A DNA stretch of 20,000 nucleotides. Origin: an uncultured virus (IMG/VR IMGVR_UViG_3300046786_000599) (Duplodnaviria > Heunggongvirae > Uroviricota > Caudoviricetes). Positions within the stretch are counted from its first letter, which is position 1, and the number at the start of each line of letters is the position of its first letter. The notes under the pieces are model-generated. The model was not told the origin of the DNA and ran no database searches. It saw only the letters and a list, made by a program, of their open reading frames with translations. Positions 1-5,181 of the stretch are shown one piece after another. The position numbers and the translations under genes were made by a program. The DNA lies in IMG/VR virus record IMGVR_UViG_3300046786_000599, one strand, 5' to 3'.

Positions 1-543
1 CATATAATCGTTCCAACCATTGGAAGATGTTTTGAAGTCGAAGATTTTGATGTCTCCTGTTTTCTTTTCACGTAGAACAAGGTCAATATATGCTACGAAG
101 TTGACGTTGTTTTTGATAGGCATATCAATTTCCAATTCAACGTCAACGAACTCGTATTTGTCTTTTGGGAAGTGTTTTATTCTAGTAGCTGTTTCGGAAA
201 ACTCTTTTAAGATATCCTCCCCATCAAACATGAATTCAGTATATTCATCCTCCGTATGTTTAACTTCCGTATTTTTTAACTCTTTTTCAAACGTTTCTTT
301 GAAGAGTTTGTATAATTCTATTGAGTCTGCTTTTTCAACACCTTCTGTATATAACGTCTTAACATAGGTTTGAATGGTTTCGTGAATAGCCGTTCCAAAA
401 CAAGTATTAATACTATCATCAAACTGTTTAAGACCTCGCACGTAATCCAACATCCACCAGTGAGGACATTTTAACCATTTAGCAAATTGTGAAAAAGAAA
501 CTCTTATTTTTTCTTCTTTTTTGTGATTTTCTACATTTTCCAT
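1..543 (-). CDS. PD-(D/E)XK nuclease, RecB/Cas4-like phage exonuclease (3' end runs off the window)
   Basis: Not in ORF track. Manual translation from ATG 543: MENVENHKKEEKIRVSFSQFAKWLKCPHWW...FGTAIHETI...VDVELEI...YIDLVL...KIFDFKTSS; S-x-S..CP, G-T-x-x-H, ID and DxKT motifs of the PD-(D/E)XK_1 family. Confidence 0.88.
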   Translation of the reverse strand, partial: MENVENHKKEEKIRVSFSQFAKWLKCPHWWMLDYVRGLKQFDDSINTCFGTAIHETIQTYVKTLYTEGVEKADSIELYKLFKETFEKELKNTEVKHTEDEYTEFMFDGEDILKEFSETATRIKHFPKDKYEFVDVELEIDMPIKNNVNFVAYIDLVLREKKTGDIKIFDFKTSSNGWNDYM

Positions 544-549
544 TTTATT

Positions 550-578
550 AGATTAACACGACTCAGTTAAGTTGTAAA
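550..578 (-). promoter_or_regulatory. Putative sigma70-type promoter for the exonuclease (leaderless)
   Basis: Minus strand TTTACA (578-573), 17 nt, TAATCT (555-550) preceded by TGn, then 6 nt to ATG 543; no SD. Confidence 0.55.
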
Positions 579-833
579 TTTTTTATTCAGACGCATGTTA
601 TTTTCATAAATATCTTCAACATTATTTGGAAATTGATAATCATAATTACATTCTCCTAAACATATCCATCCGCTTGCGGATAATCGAGATTTATTTACAA
701 TTCCCTTTAAATTATCTCGTTTTAGATTATATTTTTTTAAAAACTCACCAAACGTACCGATAAATTTCAAATTTGGTTTTTTAAAAAAAGCATAATATTT
801 TTTATGTTTATTTAATATATAATTGACTAAAAT
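567..833 (-). pseudogene. Homing endonuclease remnant: C-terminal HTH-like DNA-binding module without a nuclease domain
   Basis: Open frame 833-567 (NKHKKYYAFFKKPNLKFIGTFGEFLKKYNLKRDNLKGIVNKSRLSASGWICL) aligns with the C-terminus of the GIY-YIG protein at 8261-8917 (KTMFTFLNVITKKTFIGIRSDFSKKYSFDKANLYNLIHKRSNNCKGWIVI). No ATG ahead of the domain, only TTG 770. Confidence 0.65.
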
Positions 834-867
834 TCACTCTCTTCTTTTTATTTACTTCTTCATCCAT
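808..867 (-). pseudogene. 19-aa mini-ORF resembling the N-terminus of the adjacent exonuclease
   Basis: MDEEVNKKKRVNFSQLYIK* versus exonuclease MENVENHKKEEKIRVSFSQF (RVNFSQ/RVSFSQ). Confidence 0.5.
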
Positions 868-914
868 AATACTTATTATTGTATCCTAAATACAATATTA
901 CAACAACATATTTT

Positions 915-1697
915 ATGTTAAACCGAATTAAATTAACACTACTGACTTTGCTTTGTTTCAGTTCAGTTCTCTATGCCGAACAAATAAATGGCTTTGTAAC
1001 AGTCTATAACCATTCCGAAGGTTTAAATTATCAATCTTACAAAGTAGATACTAAATCGTTTGTAACTAATGGTTTAGAACAATACAAAACATATGAAATT
1101 GACGTTAACACTTTTGAAATAAACACTAAACCCAACGAAACTGTAGGTTTATATTTTGTGAACGGCAATGTTGTAAAGGTTTCTGAAAATTCTGAGTTCA
1201 GAGTAGATTTGATGAACGTCACTTTAAAAAACAAAACAACGTATCCTTCAAAAGTTGATGTAGAAACTTATAATTTGAACATGGCGTTAATGGAAGGAGA
1301 GGGGTGGTTTGATGTAAAAACTTCAGGAAACGATCAATGTTTATTACAAACACCGCTTGTAAATTTGGGGTTGGATACAGGAAAGTTCTATATTCAAACT
1401 ACAAAGAATAGCGTAATGGTTTATATTATTGAAGGTAGTTTAGGTGTTTATGATAATGTGACAAATAAAAAAGAAGAAATTCAATCAGGGAATGCTGTGT
1501 TGATTAGACCCTCCCCTAAGCTTAGTCCTAAACAACTGGAGTTATTTGCTGATAAAATGACTACAGTTATTAAAAAAGCTAAACCAGAAACATTTAAAGT
1601 ACATTTAGAAACTATCAATCAACTTAAAGAAGCTTGTACAGCAGAGTTAATGATTGTACAAATAGACAATAAAATAATAGGTGTCAAGATAAAATAA
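915..1697 (+). CDS. FecR-domain exported protein
   Basis: ATG 915 gives a signal-peptide-like start (MLNRIKLTLLTLLCFSSVLYA). FecR-like pattern ETVGLYFVNGNVVKVSENSEF...LMEGEGWFDVK...LQTPLVNLG...GKF...VYIIEGSLGV...IQSG. Confidence 0.7.
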   Translation: MLNRIKLTLLTLLCFSSVLYAEQINGFVTVYNHSEGLNYQSYKVDTKSFVTNGLEQYKTYEIDVNTFEINTKPNETVGLYFVNGNVVKVSENSEFRVDLMNVTLKNKTTYPSKVDVETYNLNMALMEGEGWFDVKTSGNDQCLLQTPLVNLGLDTGKFYIQTTKNSVMVYIIEGSLGVYDNVTNKKEEIQSGNAVLIRPSPKLSPKQLELFADKMTTVIKKAKPETFKVHLETINQLKEACTAELMIVQIDNKIIGVKIK

Positions 1698-1698
1698 T

Positions 1699-2841
1699 AT
1701 GAATTATAGACAATTTTTTATCGAAGAATTAGAACAATCATTGAAATTTGATATTCAATCAGTTGGTTATCACAACAACCAACACGATTTGGTGTTGACT
1801 GCTAAAACAGAAGATGGCAACGTAGTTGGCAAAATAGAATATAATGAGTATCAAGGAAAACCACATATTAGTTGGATAGAAGTTGAACCTTTGTTAAGAA
1901 AACAAGGTATTGGAAAAAAAATGATTAATTTTTTACAAAACCAATATCCTGACGAAGAAATTAAAATTGGAGGTACTACTGATTTAGGAACTAAATTTTT
2001 TGATAAGTTACCAAAAACGTTTGAAAAGAACGAAAGGTATGATACGTTAGTAAAACGATTAAAATCTTTACAAAACGCTGAAAATAGATTAAATAAGTAT
2101 GTTCAGAAAACAGGAATTTCTAGTGAAAGAATTTCAAATTTATACAATGATATAAGTGATGAAATATGGCAAATAGAACAGGAGCTACAAGATATGTCTC
2201 CAGGAAAAACAAAATTTAAAGAAACCTTTATATCTGAAGATTATCCTCCCAACTGGAATATCGAAACTTTCAAATCTATCAAATCATTCTCTAAGAGAGT
2301 TGCTTATTGCAATCAAAACCTACAACGTCTTGCTTCGGGGTCTTCCAGAATAGCATACAAAATAGATGAGGAAAAAGTTTTGAAGTTGGCTAAGAATAAA
2401 AAAGGCATTGCTCAAAACAGCGTAGAAAGAGACTGGTATGTTCAACAATCATACGGAAATATTGTTGCTAAGGTTTATGATGTCGATGAAAATGACTTAT
2501 GGTTAGAAATGGAATTGGCCAAGAAACTCACGCCTAGCCGGTTTAAAGCGTTAGTCGGAGAACATGTAGACGATGTTGGGGATTATCTATTGAACAGAGA
2601 TGACGAAAATAACGGTAAAAGACGAGTTCGAGCAGAAGATCCAATTGTGAAATTAGTATTGGATAAAAACGAATGGGTCCAACAAATTTACTCTCTCTGT
2701 CGTGAAGTTGACCTTCAGCCAGGAGATTTCGGTCGAATTTCCAGTTATGGTGAAGTAATCAGAGATAATAAACCAGCCGTGGTTATAATTGATTTGGGTC
2801 TTAGCAAATCTGTTTGGAACGATTTCTATGGAGTAACTTAA
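1699..2841 (+). CDS. GNAT acetyltransferase-like domain + coiled coil + protein-kinase-like domain fusion
   Basis: GNAT motif A (HISWIEVEPLLRKQGIGKKMI); kinase-like elements LASGSSRIAY (Gly loop), VLKLAK, helix-C Glu (NSVE), GDFGRISSYG, VIIDLG (DFG-like). Confidence 0.7.
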   Translation: MNYRQFFIEELEQSLKFDIQSVGYHNNQHDLVLTAKTEDGNVVGKIEYNEYQGKPHISWIEVEPLLRKQGIGKKMINFLQNQYPDEEIKIGGTTDLGTKFFDKLPKTFEKNERYDTLVKRLKSLQNAENRLNKYVQKTGISSERISNLYNDISDEIWQIEQELQDMSPGKTKFKETFISEDYPPNWNIETFKSIKSFSKRVAYCNQNLQRLASGSSRIAYKIDEEKVLKLAKNKKGIAQNSVERDWYVQQSYGNIVAKVYDVDENDLWLEMELAKKLTPSRFKALVGEHVDDVGDYLLNRDDENNGKRRVRAEDPIVKLVLDKNEWVQQIYSLCREVDLQPGDFGRISSYGEVIRDNKPAVVIIDLGLSKSVWNDFYGVT

Positions 2842-2847
2842 AATAAG

Positions 2848-2876
2848 TTGAATTTCTTTTCTAACTGTGTGATAAT
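2848..2876 (+). promoter_or_regulatory. Sigma70-type promoter (leaderless) for the macrodomain gene
   Basis: TTGAAT (2848-2853), 17 nt, GATAAT (2871-2876), 7 nt, ATG 2884. Confidence 0.55.
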
Positions 2877-2883
2877 GTTAAAC

Positions 2884-3444
2884 ATGATTACACATCGTAT
2901 AGGAAATCTAGTTAAAGAACCTCTTGATGCTTTTATTCACCAGGCAAATTGTTTTAACACAATGGGTTCTGGTGTAGCAAGGGAAATCAAAGACACTTAT
3001 CCAGAAGTTTACTATGCGGATTGTAGAACTAACAAAGGATCTCTGAATAAACTTGGAACTTTTTCCTATGCTAGAACGTTGGATGGAAAAATTGGTTATA
3101 ATTTATATAGCCAATATGACTATGGTTATGATGGCAAATTGTATACCAATTATGAAGCGATGAGACGGGGTTTGGAAAAAATATTAGAACATGTAAAGAC
3201 ACATTTGAAGTCCGATGCTAAAATTGGCATTCCGTGTCGAATGGGGTGTGCTAGGGGAGGCGGCGACTGGAATGAAGTTCTAAAAATTATTAGAGAAGTT
3301 TTTGAAAACGAAACATTGGAGATAGTTATTTGTGAATTTAAAGAATATTCTCCTCAAGAAGAAGATTTCAAAAATAAGTTACGAGCGGCTTATAAAAAAT
3401 CTGAGTTGTTAGGATTAACCGAAAGTGATACAAATGAAAGTTGA
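2884..3444 (+). CDS. Macrodomain protein (Appr-1''-p processing / ADP-ribose hydrolase family)
   Basis: GNL...FIHQANCFNTMGSGVAREIK...NLYSQY...IGIPCRMGCARGGGDW: classic phage macrodomain motifs. ATG 2884 preferred over TTG 2848, which is the -35 box. Confidence 0.92.
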   Translation: MITHRIGNLVKEPLDAFIHQANCFNTMGSGVAREIKDTYPEVYYADCRTNKGSLNKLGTFSYARTLDGKIGYNLYSQYDYGYDGKLYTNYEAMRRGLEKILEHVKTHLKSDAKIGIPCRMGCARGGGDWNEVLKIIREVFENETLEIVICEFKEYSPQEEDFKNKLRAAYKKSELLGLTESDTNES

Positions 3445-3598
3445 TGAAACAAATATTGATCTAAACAGTTTTATACATGAAATTAAAGAACGGCTACCTA
3501 ATTTTGAAATTAATGTTTTAAGATTGGGTGAAAATTTTGTAAAACCAAAGACGTTTTCTGAGTGGATGGAACTCTTTGTAAGATGGAATAACACATGA
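3434..3598 (+). CDS. Hypothetical protein (54 aa)
   Basis: Below ORF-track cutoff: MKVDETNIDLNSFIHEIKERLPNFEINVLRLGENFVKPKTFSEWMELFVRWNNT*; overlaps the previous stop and has an ATGA overlap with the next gene. Confidence 0.7.
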   Translation: MKVDETNIDLNSFIHEIKERLPNFEINVLRLGENFVKPKTFSEWMELFVRWNNT

Positions 3599-3870
3599 TA
3601 CCCGCCGGACTTTGGCCACACATTTCTATAGATGAAATAAACTCTTTATCGGAAGATGAAGCGTTTATGCTTTTGTATATTTGTAATGTATGGGCTCCTA
3701 TAAGACCTCCAGTTCCTTCCGAAAACGACCAACATCCAATTACTTTAAAATTGATACGGTATGCTCGGCGAGAAGCAATACTTGATAGAGTTAAACAGGC
3801 AGAATCCGTTGTAAAAGAAGAACACAAGGAAATATACAATGGACTTAAAACGAAGTTGAAAGTACCATAA
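3595..3870 (+). CDS. Hypothetical protein
   Basis: 91-aa ORF, ATGA-coupled, co-oriented in the operon. Confidence 0.75.
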   Translation: MIPAGLWPHISIDEINSLSEDEAFMLLYICNVWAPIRPPVPSENDQHPITLKLIRYARREAILDRVKQAESVVKEEHKEIYNGLKTKLKVP

Positions 3871-3874
3871 CTAT

Positions 3875-4126
3875 ATGAAAAATAGAATGAGTATAGAAAT
3901 TGTAGGACATACCACAGAACTTAGAGAGTTAATTCATATTCTAAAATGTATTCAAAAGTGTGGTGAACGAGGAACCCATAGAACATTTCAAGTTAGTGTT
4001 GATGGTGACGGATCTGGTCGATTATTGTTTTTGTATAAGAATGAGTTTGGAGAAGATGAATTTTTCCCAACGGATGATATTGATTTAGATAAAGAAGAAT
4101 TGAGAAACCTTTCTATCGGGGAATAA
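3875..4126 (+). CDS. Hypothetical phage protein (VDGDGSG motif)
   Basis: 83-aa ORF with 4-nt gaps to its neighbours. Confidence 0.75.
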   Translation: MKNRMSIEIVGHTTELRELIHILKCIQKCGERGTHRTFQVSVDGDGSGRLLFLYKNEFGEDEFFPTDDIDLDKEELRNLSIGE

Positions 4127-4130
4127 AGAA

Positions 4131-4373
4131 ATGAACGTAAAAGTTTCAGATAATGTTAAAAATCTTAAAGAAAATGTTTATGACTGGCATAATAGGTATT
4201 TAGAAATATTAAGAAAACAAAAGGAACATACAATTATGAATGTTTTAGGAAATAACAATCAAATTATTACGGGAAATAATAACATTCAAAAAATAAAGTC
4301 ATCTAAAAAATGGATTTATATTTCGATTTCTATACCGATAATTAGTTATTTATTTTATTTGATATTATTCTAA
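4131..4373 (+). CDS. Small membrane-anchored hypothetical protein
   Basis: GNNNQ-like repeats followed by a hydrophobic C-terminal helix (WIYISISIPIISYLFYLILF). Confidence 0.65.
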   Translation: MNVKVSDNVKNLKENVYDWHNRYLEILRKQKEHTIMNVLGNNNQIITGNNNIQKIKSSKKWIYISISIPIISYLFYLILF

Positions 4374-4403
4374 CGCTTTATGTTCTAACGTAATATTTAT
4401 TGT
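4368..4403 (+). promoter_or_regulatory. Upstream motif of microprotein-HEG cassette 1: TTCTAACG direct repeat + TATTTATT
   Basis: TTCTAACG at 4368-4375 and 4383-4390; TATTTATT at 4394-4401, 2 nt before ATG 4404. Confidence 0.5.
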
Positions 4404-4553
4404 ATGGGTCGCAAAAAATTAAATAGAAACAAAGAAGAAATCCGAGAACAAAATCGGTTGCGTGCTCGTAAATATTATGAGAGACATAAAGACAAGATCA
4501 AACAAAACAGAATGCGAAGATATTGGGAAAGTTTGGAAGAGAAATTGTTCTAA
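4404..4553 (+). CDS. Basic 49-aa 'MGRKK' microprotein overlapping the downstream homing endonuclease
   Basis: MGRKKLNRNKEEIREQNRLRARKYYERHKDKIKQNRMRRYWESLEEKLF*; homolog at 8877-9038 (14/42 identities, gapless). Confidence 0.75.
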   Translation: MGRKKLNRNKEEIREQNRLRARKYYERHKDKIKQNRMRRYWESLEEKLF

Positions 4554-5181
4554 GTGTGGCGTTGAGATGGTTTATAATCACCAATCCAATTTTTGTCGAA
4601 GTAAGAGAACCAATGCCAAGTGTATTCGGTGTCGTCACGACGGCCAACTTATAGGACGAGTTCAGTCGGAAGAAGAAAAAGAAAAACGGGCTAAAAAACT
4701 TAGAGGAAAGAAAAGAAGTTTAGAATCGAGAAAAAAATACTCCGAATCTAAAATTGGAAAAAACAATCCGCGGTTTGGAAAACACACGTTAAAATCGGAA
4801 GAACATAGACGGAAAATTAGACTATCCTGCATTGAAACTATTAAAAAACGTTTAGAATCAGTTGGGAAAACTATGCGTCCGAGTTTTAACATTAATGCAT
4901 GTAAAGCAATAGATGAATATGGAAAATTGCATGGATATAACTTTCAACACGCAATGAATGGCGGAGAATATCATATTAAAGAATTGGGATATTGGTTGGA
5001 CGGTTATGATGAAGACAAAAACACAGTTATTGAATTTTTTGAAAACAACCACTGGCACAGAAAAAACAAAAATAAAGATTTAAACCGAGGGAAAGAGATA
5101 GTTGACTTTCTGGGGTGTGAGTTTATAATACTAAGAGAACAGATTGGAGGCATTTATTTACCAGAATATTTTTTGCGATAA
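4477..5181 (+). CDS. Free-standing homing endonuclease-like protein: Cys-rich N-terminus, NUMOD3-like repeats, Vsr/DUF559/Hef-like nuclease domain
   Basis: CSKC...CIRC; repeats QSEEEKEKRA, RSLESRKKYSESKIGKNNPRFGK, KSEEHRRKIR; C-terminal GEYHI...YWLDGYD...VIEFFENNHWH...KD. ATG 4477 preferred over GTG 4462. Confidence 0.78.
   Translation: MRDIKTRSNKTECEDIGKVWKRNCSKCGVEMVYNHQSNFCRSKRTNAKCIRCRHDGQLIGRVQSEEEKEKRAKKLRGKKRSLESRKKYSESKIGKNNPRFGKHTLKSEEHRRKIRLSCIETIKKRLESVGKTMRPSFNINACKAIDEYGKLHGYNFQHAMNGGEYHIKELGYWLDGYDEDKNTVIEFFENNHWHRKNKNKDLNRGKEIVDFLGCEFIILREQIGGIYLPEYFLR
5102..5150 (+). promoter_or_regulatory. Sigma70-type promoter and SD for DNA polymerase, inside the HEG coding sequence
   Basis: TTGACT (5102-5107), 16 nt, TATAAT (5124-5129); GGAGG at 5146-5150. 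Confidence 0.7.

Noticed and set aside
20..367. 115-aa plus-strand ORF
   Set aside because: Antisense shadow of the minus-strand exonuclease; Ser/Phe-rich with no motifs.
1..543. Cas4-like gene as sign of a CRISPR-Cas system
   Set aside because: No repeat-spacer array or other cas genes in the window; solo PD-(D/E)XK exonucleases are common in phages.
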